Origin: Geosiphon pyriformis uo1
Lineage: Eukaryota > Fungi > Glomeromycota
NCBI GenBank assembly: GCA_016748015.1
Contig: JAAOMT010000072.1
Location: 135,012 to 199,011, forward strand
Length of the DNA: 64,000 nucleotides
Direction of reading: 5' to 3'
Shown: piece by piece, positions 13,840 to 25,200 of the stretch
Layout of the letters: every line of letters begins with the position of its first letter
How positions within the stretch are numbered: position 1 is the first letter of the stretch
The notes under the pieces: generated by a model
What the model was told of the DNA's origin: nothing
The model's input: the letters and a program-made list of their open reading frames with translations, nothing else
Databases searched by the model: none
Position numbers and translations under genes: made by a program

Positions 13840-14283
13840 ATATCAATTTTTTTCATATCACTTATTTTTTTCTCTCTACCTTCAAGTATTTAAACATTTT
13901 GGAATAAAAAAAATTACTTGTTGGTATTTACCTACCCTTTTTTTAACTCATATAATTGTAGCATTTAAAGATTATTGAATAAAACATAACTAAAGAGTAT
14001 ATTTAATACTTAATATCAAATTTTAAGAGTGCTGATATAAGACATAGAATTATACCAATGTGTTATTATTTGTTAACAGTATGAATTATTTTTCTACTTT
14101 TAAATTTCTCAGTTATCCTTTGAAAAAAATAGTAATTAAAATATTTTATAAGACTAATCTTGCATATTAAATTTATTCTTATTTAATTTGTTCTTTGAAG
14201 TTGAATCCTCTTTGATTAATTTTATTATTCTACAATTCTATTCTCTTTTGCTATTTGTTAGCTTGTTACTCTAATTTGTAATA
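13840..14283 (+). repeat. Partial D-family LTR in opposite orientation
   Basis: Reverse complement of ~13118-13550; ends tgtaata with no PBS after it. Confidence 0.8.
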
Positions 14284-15848
14284 GTATTTTGCTTTAATGT
14301 TTAGTATATAAATAATACTAAAAGTATAAATAAGTTTTATTTTTGCATATTTTTATAACTTATTTTTGCTAATGCTTTACACAATATTTAATTGAATTGT
14401 TCTACCAATTTGTTTGTTTAAAAGTAATATAATAATAATAATAGTTATTTTATTTCAAATTATTGGCTTAATTTAATAAATATGGTATTGATAAAATAAA
14501 TTTTTTGGTCAGATAATAACTTTTTTAAACATTTATGTTAGCAAATCAGATTTTAACATACAAATTCAGTTACTGTTTTAACATTTATTATTTGAATAGC
14601 TCTAACTTTAAGCTATTTAATAAGATAGTCTATAGTTATAATAATATAACAATTTTTTTTTGATTTTAATTTTATCAAATAGATTTTCAACTAAAATAGA
14701 TCAAAGTAGTTTTATTATTCTGGCTCCTTTTTTTCTTTGATAAGAGCCACAATTAAGAACATATTTAAAAATATTCTTATATATTATTGGTCAATAATAT
14801 AGATTAATTGTTTTCTTTAAGATAACATTTTTATTAAAGTATTTTGCTATTAGATTAAAATACATGTTAAACAAAACAATTTTTTTTTCATTATTTTTTA
14901 TGACTTGTTATGATATAATACAGTTTTAATATTTCTGACAATATAATTAGTTGTTTTACAAAAAATAATTTTAAACTTGTTTTTATATAGCATTTTGTTT
15001 TTGTTAAAACAGTTTTTTTTTAAACTGAAATGTTAACAGATATTAATATAATTATTAGTAAGTAGCTGTATTTATTGATCCAAAATTAGATTTGAGTTAT
15101 TTTTGACAAACTGTTAGTATTAGTGTTTTTAATTCTTTTTTTATAATGTATTTTATATAAAAACTATTGCAAATAAGTATTCTATTTTACATACTTTTCT
15201 TTAAGTTGTGGTTTGCTAAGTAACCAAATAAGTTTTTTGTAATTAATATATAAATTAAATGATTGGCAAAAATAGTGTCTTTAGTTTTATATTGTCTAAT
15301 AAATAACAAATCATTTTAAATCAGTAATATTATATATTTTTTCAATAATATTAGTATTGTGACTGACATAGACAATTGAATATTTTTGATTATTAAGTCT
15401 AATTTGTGATAAAATGGCTTCTAGTGTATTTTTTAAGACATATATAGTAATGATAAAGTGTTTATTAAAGTTCAAGTAAATTAGAATTTATGTTTCAATA
15501 AGTTATTTTTTGAAATAATTAAAAGTTTCTTGTTAATTGGCTTTTTATAAGTATAAAATATGTTTTAACAATAAATAATAAAGAGGTTTGGCAATATTAA
15601 AGAAGCTTTTAACAAATTGATAGTAGTATTCAATCAGTCTTAAAAATTTTTTTAGTTTTTATAGATTGATTAGAGCAGAGAAATTTTTAACTTTTTGAAT
15701 TTTGTCAAGATTTAATTTTATTCTATCTTTGCCAATAATGTGTTCTAAAAATTTTAACTTGGTTTTTTTAAAAAAATATTTGTTAAGATTAAATTTTAGT
15801 TCTGAATTTTAAAGGCAATAAAAGACTTGTTAAAATTAATATATATGG
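14284..15848 (-). pseudogene. Highly eroded RT-RNase H-integrase fragment H (family A-like)
   Basis: Minus strand KLKFLEHIIGKDRIKLNLDKIQKVKNFSALINL; RNase H stop at 15088-15086; integrase remnants. Confidence 0.7.
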
Positions 15849-16769
15849 TGTTATATGTAATTATTTAGATGTTAAAATAAATAACAAATTTATAACTTAG
15901 TACTTAATAGTTAATTATACTGTAGATAGTTTCTAAAGGTTTTGGATTTGAAAATTTTGGTTGAGTTTTTTGTATAATAGACAAAAATTTACTTGGTAGT
16001 TGTTTTTCTTAAATTTTTTTTTTTAGCATAGAGATCAGTTTAATTTAACAGTAATGCTTTTCTAATAAACTATCTTTAAGTTTTTACTTTTGTTTTATAA
16101 GTCTTTTACTAAGCTATTTTTGACAGCAATATTTCAATACTTAATTTTTTACTTAATTAGTACTCAACATAAAACAAAAATAAAAAAAAATAAAAAAAAT
16201 TAAGAAAAAAAAATAAAAAATTAGTATTCTATCAATAGCTGTAATTAAAAATTATTGGTCTAGTATAATTAAGTAACAAATGTTATTAACATAAATTGTT
16301 AATGAGATCAGAAAGTAATAATATTAATTTAATAAAAAAAATAACATAAATTGGATAATAAAGCAATAATTTTTTTTGATATTTAGATAATTCTACTTCA
16401 AGATATAAAAACTATTTTTTAAAAAAAGAGATAGTTATAAATATTTATTGTTAATTAACTAAAAACTTGTCTAAATCTGTAAATACTTTTCTTAATTTTA
16501 ATACTATTCTTATATATACATAATTTTTGTTATATAAGATCTTATATATTTCTACTTTTTTTTACATTATTTTTTAAAACTGTGCTTATTTCTGAATAAT
16601 GTGCCATAATTTTCTGAAAATGTGTTATGCTTTTTTAATAATGTGCTTATTTTTATATATATGTACATTTTTAAAAATGTATTTACTTATTGAGTATTAT
16701 TTTTCTATTGGCTTATTCTTATAATTTGTTTTTCTTATTTTTTTCTTGTATTTTTTTTTATAAATAATA
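15849..16769 (-). repeat. 3' LTR of G
   Basis: Direct repeat of ~34810-35731; left end resembles LTR C (59835). Confidence 0.75.
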
Positions 16770-16779
16770 TATATTTTTT

Positions 16780-19700
16780 TTAATATTAAGTTCTATTAAA
16801 ATTTTTATTTTAAATTAACTCCATTACTTTTTTTTCCAATATTGTGTGTTTAATTTTGCTTCTTAGGTTTTCAAATTAAGAGTGGTTATCTTTTTTTATT
16901 GGTTAATATTTATTGTTTCTATTTTTGTATACAGTAGTATTTTTGAATAATTCTGAAATATAATGTATAATTAATAGATTATTTTAATATATAGTATAGA
17001 ACTTGTTTTTTTAATAATGTTTTTAATTTGTTGTACTATTTGTTAATTGAATGTTTTTTTGAATTTATTTGTGTATAATTCTTGAATATTCAACTTTTGT
17101 TTTAGTGATAATAACAATATGTTTTTAAAAGTTGTTTTATTCATAATTTCTAGTTTTTTTTAGTTAATTTTTCTATTAAAATAATACTTGGTATTTTTTC
17201 AAAAGTGTTTTTTACTTTTTTATGATCTTATTTGACCAATAATTTGATTATATTTGTAGTTACTAGTATAAACTGCTTTTTTTTTTCTTTTTCTTTATTT
17301 ATGTTTTTATAACAAATTGTTTAATAATTAATAGTTATTTTTATGTTTAATTGTTGCTAATTTATTGTTTAAAATAATTTTTATGTTAATATGTAAATAT
17401 GATCTAGAATTTTTATTTTTTTGAATTTTTTTTATTACTTATATAAGTGTTTTTTATATACTATTCTAATAGTTCAGATTAATGTGTTTGCTTTAATAAT
17501 TATAATTGGTTTCAAATCTGATCTTATTTAATTTAACTAATATTTATTATATTTCTAATTATGAAATATTATTGGTAAAAGATAATATTATATTGTAATA
17601 TAGTTTTAGTTAAATACTATGTGCTGTTTGGGCTAAAATTTTGTTGTTTTATCTTAACTTATATGCATTATTTTCTAGAATTTTTTTAATATGAAATAGA
17701 CCATCTTATTTGGAGTTAAATTTTTTATTCTATTGTTTTTTTACTTTAGTATAATATAAAAATACTTTGTTTCTAATTTTGAATTTAATTGGTTTGTCTG
17801 ATAATTGGTTATTATGCTATTTTTTTGTTTTTTCTGTGATTTTTGTATATTATCAGCTGCTTTTCTTCTCTAGTGTTTTTATTAAGTAATAGGTTTTTTG
17901 CAACAATGTTTTTTGACAATTAGTTTCTGTTATTGGTTTTGTTAAATATATGTAAATATCTATTTCTATTGATATTGTTGTTATTTTACTATATACAAGT
18001 TTAAATAGTGTTGTTTGTATAATATTTTGTTTTATTGTCTAATAAGTAAATAGTATTAATAGTACAAACAAATTTTATTTGTTCTGGTTTTTTTGGATTT
18101 TAGCTATTGTTTTACACAATGTTTTAAATCTTTTAATTAAGCTATTGGTTTGTAAATAATATAAAGATGATAATGGTTTTTTGATTCCAAATTTCTGACT
18201 TAATTTTGTTAATATTCTATTCATAAAATAAGTTTTTTGGTTTAATAACAATTTTTTTAGACATTTATGTTAACAAATCAAATTTTAATATATGAATTTG
18301 GCTACAAATTCTGTATTTGCTTTTTAAATAACTTTAACTTCTGGTCATTTTGTAAAATAATTCATAACAACTGCTATATATTAATTGTCTTTGCTAATTA
18401 ATATTAATAATTTGACTAAGTTAATTTCTATTTAATTAAACAACTGTTTTACTTTAATTGGTCTTAGTGGTTTATTGGGTTTTATTTTTTATTTTTTTAA
18501 TAAACATCACAATTTTGAATATATTGAATAATATCTAAATACATTAATAGCCAATAATATCTTTTTCTGGTTTTTTTTATAATAGTTTTTTTATAAAAGT
18601 GTTTTGTTGTTAGATCTAAATGCATATTAAACAGTATTGTTTCTTTTTTTAGTTTTGTAATAACTTTAAGTAGCTGGTTTAATTTTTTTTTGTTTTTCTA
18701 ATATAATATATTTTAGTAAATAATAAAATAAATAATTGTTGTTTTATGTTGTTTTGTTCTTTTAAGATAATTTTTTCTTGAACTGTTGAGTATTAATATA
18801 ATATTAAAGTTGTTAATATTTTGTGTATTTATTTTTTGACTTATTTTTCTGTTTGAAATATTTTTAAATTTGTTTTATACATAATAAATTATTAAAATTT
18901 CTGTTTTTTTTTTCTTTTTTATAGTGTACTGTATATTGAAATAATAATAATTCTATTTTTTATTTGGCATGCTAATTGTTTTCAAATTTTTACTTTTAAA
19001 TTAATGTTAACTTTTTGTAATCTGTATAAACATTAAATTTTTAACTTAAGTATTTTTTCTATTTAATAACAGCTTAATAGATAGCTAAATGTTTTAATAC
19101 AAAGTTTCATAGTTTTTTTTAATTAAATTTAAACTTAAGCTAACATATATTACTAAATATTCTTATTTATTTGATCTTTTATGTAATAACATAACTCTTA
19201 ATATTTGGCTTAATACATCTGTAATAATAATGAATAATTTGTTATGGTTTAAATAGATTAATACTAAAGCTTAAATAAGTTTTTTGTTGTTTTTCTGTTC
19301 ATTTATATTTGGTATTCTTGACTTGAAGCTGGTAAAGTAGTTAAGCCAACTTAGAAAAGTTGTAAATAAAGTGTTAATTGTACTTGGCAAATTTTAGAAA
19401 TAATTAAAGTTCAATAAAATTAATAAGTACTAAAAAGTTTTTAACTATCTCAATTTTATCTGGATCTGTTTTGATGCTATTTTTGCTTACAACATATTCT
19501 AAAAACTTGAATTTAGTTTTTTAAAAAAATATTTAATGACATTCAACTTTAATTCTGTTTTTCTTGGCCTTTTAAATATTTGTTAAAAATAATAGAAATA
19601 ATCATCAAATGTTTTAAAAAACACATTAGTGTTATTTAGATAAATTATTACTAATTTCTATAATAATTTAATATAAACAATTTCTATTAGTTATTGAAAA

Positions 19701-21196
19701 ATAGCTGAAGCATTGGTTAAGCCAAAAAGCATAATATTAAATTCAAATTTTTTTTTGTATTAAATACTATTTTCTTCTTATTGACTGTATTTATGATTAT
19801 TTGTTAGTAACTACTGTTTAAGTCCAATATGAAAAATTATTTCTTTTTACCAAAAGTGTTAAATAGTTTTTAAATTTGTAAAGTTGAATAACTGTCTTTA
19901 TAAATAATATTGTTAAGTTTTCTGTAATCCATACAAAAGCAAAATTTTTCATTCTTTTTTTTAACCAAAATAACTGATAATAATTATAAACCTATTAATG
20001 ATTAAATTAATTTATTGTCTAATATACAGTTGATTTTTTAATAAATAATTTTATGGCTGATAAGTGATATTTGGTATGCTCTCTGTTTAATTAGCATTAT
20101 ATATCTAATTTTAATTTAATGTTAGATAATATCTATTCTGCCAAATTCATTTTTATTTGCAAAGATATTAGTAAAGTTGTTAAGTAATAATTTGATTTGT
20201 ATTTGCTAAAAAGAATTCAAATTTTTTAAGTTTATTTGCTCTAACTATTTTAATTGTAACAAATAACACTTTTTTTGGCCATAAATTATTTATAATATAA
20301 AATTTGCATATTCACATAGTTGTAAAAAGTCTAGAATACTAGTTAGTAATTAATTTTTAATTCTTGTATTTAAGTATCTGATGATAATTTTACTTAGTAT
20401 TTTTATTGAGTTTTTAATTGTATTATGAATTAGAATTTTAATGTGTTTATGAATTTTAATTAATAAATATAGATTAGTAATGACAATTTTTTTTAATTTG
20501 TAAATAGTAGATTTTACTTCAAAAATCTGTGATTGATTTTTTACTTTTCTTGATCTTTCATTTTTCTTGCTATTTTTAATATATATTAATTATATAATAG
20601 TATAAAAATTGATTGATAAGTAGAAATAATTTTTTCTTGATTAATTATTTTTTTTTGTTATATTAATTAATATTTTCATTTTTTTTATTAATTTAAACCT
20701 ATTAATCTCTTTTGTTGTTATTTCTAACTTTTTTTTTGTTTTTATTAACACAAATTGAGCTATTTTTACTAAAGACAAAAATATTGTCTATGCTATTTTT
20801 TTATTAGATTCAATAATATAGGCTTTTTTTGATTTATTTTGTAGCATTATAATAATATTTCTTATATGTCTTGTGTTAATTATTTCTCTTTTAATGCTAA
20901 TTCTCTTTTTTACTAAACTAAATCTAAAAGCTAATTAAACTATTATGGTTGCTAGAATTTCCAGTGCTATTTTCAAATCTATACTAATATGCAAGTAGAA
21001 TTCTAATTTAATGGTCTTCTTTATAGAATATTTGAGATCAAACTTTATATTAATATTATATGTGCATTTAGACATAATATTTTTATTATTATTACTAAAC
21101 TATTTAAGTTTTTGTTTTATAGAAAAATCTGAAAGTGTGATGTATTGTTTAGAATTTAAATTAGAGTTTAAATTATTATTATTGCTATTTTTAATA
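16780..21196 (-). pseudogene. dUTPase-RT-RNase H / integrase / ORF3 remnants of G
   Basis: Colinear with 60706-64000; dUTPase remnant at ~21110-20690 (KFDLKYS, IDLKIALEILATIIV, KIA*TIF). Confidence 0.7.
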
Positions 21197-21404
21197 CTGT
21201 TGTTACCAGTAGAATTTTAGCTATTAATTAGCAGGAAAATTACCCTTATAATTCCTATAATTAATTGGTATATTAATATCATTTCAAATTATCATTTATT
21301 ATTTAATCAATTATCACATATCACGATTCAATTAAATAATCCAATTAGTATAACAGAAAGTAGAATGATCAAATTACACAATACTCTGAACTTTGTAACA
21401 TTCT

Positions 21405-21562
21405 AAAATTCGCCGAAATTTATAGAAATTCGCCGAAATTTATAAGATATTCGCTGAAATTTATAGAAATTCGCCGAAATTATGAATAGTTCACCCAAAT
21501 TAATCAATAGTTCAGCGAAATAACTTGTAGTTCATCAAAATGTATCTTTAGTTCGCCGAAAG
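21405..21562 (+). repeat. U3 tandem ~20-bp repeats (core TTCGCCGAA)
   Basis: aaattcgccgaaatttatag x4 plus degenerate copies; also present at 30365-30521. Confidence 0.85.
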
Positions 21563-21613
21563 TTGAGCAAAGAGAAAAAGTGCAAGTTCATAGACTAGTA
21601 CTACAACAAGTTG

Positions 21614-21621
21614 TATAAAAG
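21614..21621 (+). promoter_or_regulatory. Probable TATA box of LTR B
   Basis: TATAAAAG just after the U3 repeats, followed by hairpin GAAGAG-ctttt-CTCTTC. Confidence 0.55.
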
Positions 21622-22214
21622 AAGAGCTTTTCTCTTCAAGAAAATGTATCTTACTTTAGATTTATCACTTAGAACCATTCCTATACACACAAAAAGAAAT
21701 AAATATCAAATAATTCGAAAAACCAAATTCTTTAATTATTGCACTTGGAAAATCCCCAAAACCCAACTAACGTTTTGAAATTGATTAGCTACCAATTTCA
21801 GTAAACTGTTAGTGACTCCAGGCCTGGATAGAAAACGTTTCCCTTGACAGAATTCAATTTCTTTTACATTTCTTTTACATTTCTTTTATTTTTTTATTAT
21901 AATCATTAGGGTAGCCTACAGACAAGATTCTTATAGAAGAGTTGACTTTTACAGCAAAGTAACTACACATTTTTAGTGAGCTTCCAGATGAGCAATTCCT
22001 GGGAAAGAGTTGACGTTTACTACAACGTAACTACATAAAGTAACTGATAAGAAATTGGCCATTCTACTTATAAGCCCAGCAGTTTAAATTATAGGAGATA
22101 ATTTGAAGATAAATTCAGTTATTGGAGGTTCAACTACTTTTAAAAAACGTGAATTTGCAACCAACAGACAGTTACAACATTCAAGAAAAGAGACCAAAAA
22201 TCTCCAGTAACATT

Positions 22215-22230
22215 TGGTGCTCTTCCACGG
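22215..22230 (+). promoter_or_regulatory. Primer-binding site of B
   Basis: TGGTGCTC... 2 nt after the LTR end. Confidence 0.7.
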
Positions 22231-22257
22231 AAATAACACAGCAACAACAAATTCAAA

Positions 22258-25200
22258 GTGGTGACCACACCAAACACAGCAACTCTAGAGTATTACCAGT
22301 CAATTTACACCTACTGCAAGCAAAAATTCAACATTCCAGACGGAATTGAAGTTGTCAAGAAATCAGTATACCAATACATTGAAAACTGCATCAACAATTA
22401 TCTTTTTGGAAACTACAATATTTCAGAAGTTAGAAGCAATCTCTACAATAATCTAGTATACTATTCACAATTGGGAACTGAAAACCTTAACAGTGAAACA
22501 CTTGCCACCTATTTTCAAAAACTCAATTACAACATTATCAAGTATTGTGAAGAAAAATACCCAGTACAGTCTAAATACTCTCTTGACTTTGAATCAGAAA
22601 CAAAAACAAACAACAAAGGCAAACAAAAAGTGAAACAACACTTAAAAACCACTCCAAACACTCCAATACTACCAAAGACAACTGCCAAACACTTGCAAAC
22701 ACCTGAACAAGGAACCAGTATCAAATTACCACTTTCTATTACACCATTTCCAATTTCATTTGCTCGACCACAAACACCAAATTTACCACTTAATCATTTC
22801 TTCAGACCAGAAGATTTTCAGTTACCTAGAAATTCTACTCAACAACAGGAACCTATATTAACAAACACCAATATTATTGAATACTTGCAAGAAAATGAAA
22901 GTGATCATTCAGAAAATTTGGAAAGTGAAGAAACTGAATCAAAACAAGGAGAAACCACAGAAAATAAAGAGGAAATGACAACTGCTTACATTGCAAAGAT
23001 TCCAAAATTCACAGGTGAAAATAATGATACCAGTCCTCAAGAATGGCTCGACAAAGTTCAAAAAACAAGAGATGCAAATAGTTGGATTGCAGCAAGAATG
23101 CTTAAAGCAATTCCCTACTTTCTTCAAGGAACAGCAGGAGAATAGTTTGAAAACTTAGAAGAACCATTTAAAAACTGGCAAGCATTCAAAGATGCTTTTC
23201 TACAACAATTCACTGACAACAACACTTCTATCACTCTTAGAAACCACTTTCACAATATCAAGCAAAAAACATCTGAAACTGTTATGACCTATCTTGGAAG
23301 ATTCAACAAACTTCCCAGACAAATTTGACAATTGGAAACCAATGACTACTATTCCAATGCTTAAATTCTGGATTAGTCTATAGCAGGATTAAAAAACAAA
23401 CTGATTAAGAAAGTCCATCCACATGTTCCAGCAGACTTAGCAACTGCTATTAGACATGCAAAGAATTATGAAATGGCTATGGAAGAAGCAAACTACACCA
23501 AACTTATTAACTTGACTATTGGAGAAACCAGCTCAGCAGCTGAAAAAAAGATAGACCAACTCACAAAAAAGATTGAAAGCTATTTTACAAACCAGCAACA
23601 ACAGCAGCAACAACCACAAAAATATCAACCACCACAGTGATGCAACCAAAACAACTTTGGACCACCATCCAACAACCAACCTCAAAATTGTCACTATTGT
23701 GAAATTCCAGGACACTGGAAACGAGATTGTAAGAAACTACAAAAAGACCAATAAAACAGAAGTAATCAATGGTACTTTTTACTACAACAATTTTATTACC
23801 AATCCCCACTACCAACTTATTATTCACTGAGGCCACAAATTCAAAACAGTTATTATCAACCAGCTCCACAACCAATTCAACAACAATATCAGCAACTTTT
23901 ACCAATTCAGCAATATCAGACACCACCCATTCAACAATATCAAGTACCAGCAAGAAGATTGGTTCAACATAACCAATTCACACTCCAAAATCAATTTCAG
24001 AATAACAACAACAGAATTAATCTAAATAACCAGTTGGTTCCCCGAAATTCTGGTCAGCAAAGACCCAATTACTATCACACTCAACCCAGTTATTTTACAA
24101 TACCAGAGGAATCGGATTTTCAACAAACTGCATTTTCTGAAGGTGAGGTTGCAGCACCAAGATTAAACTCTTCCAACCACACCATTTCACCAGCTCAAAT
24201 TGCCCAAAATGCTAATCTGTCAGATATATTTTCATTTGAATTTGAAGCAAATGAATCACCATTTCTGCTTAGTAATGCAGCAGTCAATGAACAGAAAGCA
24301 ATTACTGCTATGTACACAGAAGCTATAGTAGAAGGAAAACCCATTCACTTAATCTTAGATAGTGGATCAGCTGGAAGTATTATCACTTACCAGCTGATGC
24401 AACAACTCAAACAAAACGTAGACAGACCAGCTCAAACAGTTATTGTCACAGCTGATGATATGAAGAAGACTCCAATAGGAGAAATTGATGATTTCTCCTT
24501 TACAATTGATGGAATCACCATTCCAGTTAAAGTTCTTGTTATGGATGCACCCCAATACCAAGCTCTAGTCAGAAATGATTGGCTTCTCAAGGCCAATGCA
24601 AACCTGAACTGAGAAACTCAAGAACTTAAAATCTCATACCAAGAACAATATATCATAGTACCTGCAACTTATGGTACCTTTAACAAATGATCAGAAAAAG
24701 CTTTAGTATTTGAATTTGAAGAAGAGAAAGAAATGCCACTCACTGAAACCTACATGGCTCTTGGATCACCATCCAATTGGACTGAGGAAACAGAACAAGA
24801 GATTTTCGAAGAATCAAGAAGATGGAAGAAAGTTAGATATTCCACACCAGAACCACAAAAAAAACCACCATATATTCCACTAAAATGCAAAGATTACAAA
24901 AAAAAGCTTTCATCTATGAGAGCCTGTATTTCTCCAGAAGAGGAATACAAAACTCGCACTTACTACTTCTGCAAGGCATGCCATAGAGAACGATTTGAAT
25001 TCCCAAAGAGAAGTGGAAAATGGGACAAAACTCCTTGTCTTACTTGTGGAGAAAGGCTACCAGAAGAATGCAATTGGATTGATATTGCAATGAGAGGAGG
25101 AGTATGTGATCAAATCTGTCAATATGCTCTATCAATTTTGGAAAAAGTTAGAAGAGGAACACTATTTGATGCAGCATACAACAGTGCTCTCAATAAACTT

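Larger units (their letters stand above)
21201..22212 (+). repeat. 5' LTR of B
   Basis: 1012 bp; differs from the 3' LTR by about 34 substitutions and an 11-bp duplication. Confidence 0.97.

Noticed and set aside
21405-21562. Regularly spaced 20-bp repeats resembling a CRISPR array
   Set aside because: No unique spacers, duplicated in both LTRs, no cas genes, eukaryotic TE context
21985-22010. CAGATGAG...GAAA as a hammerhead ribozyme
   Set aside because: Core is CAGAUGA, not CUGANGA; no stem II between the motifs; the sister unit lacks it
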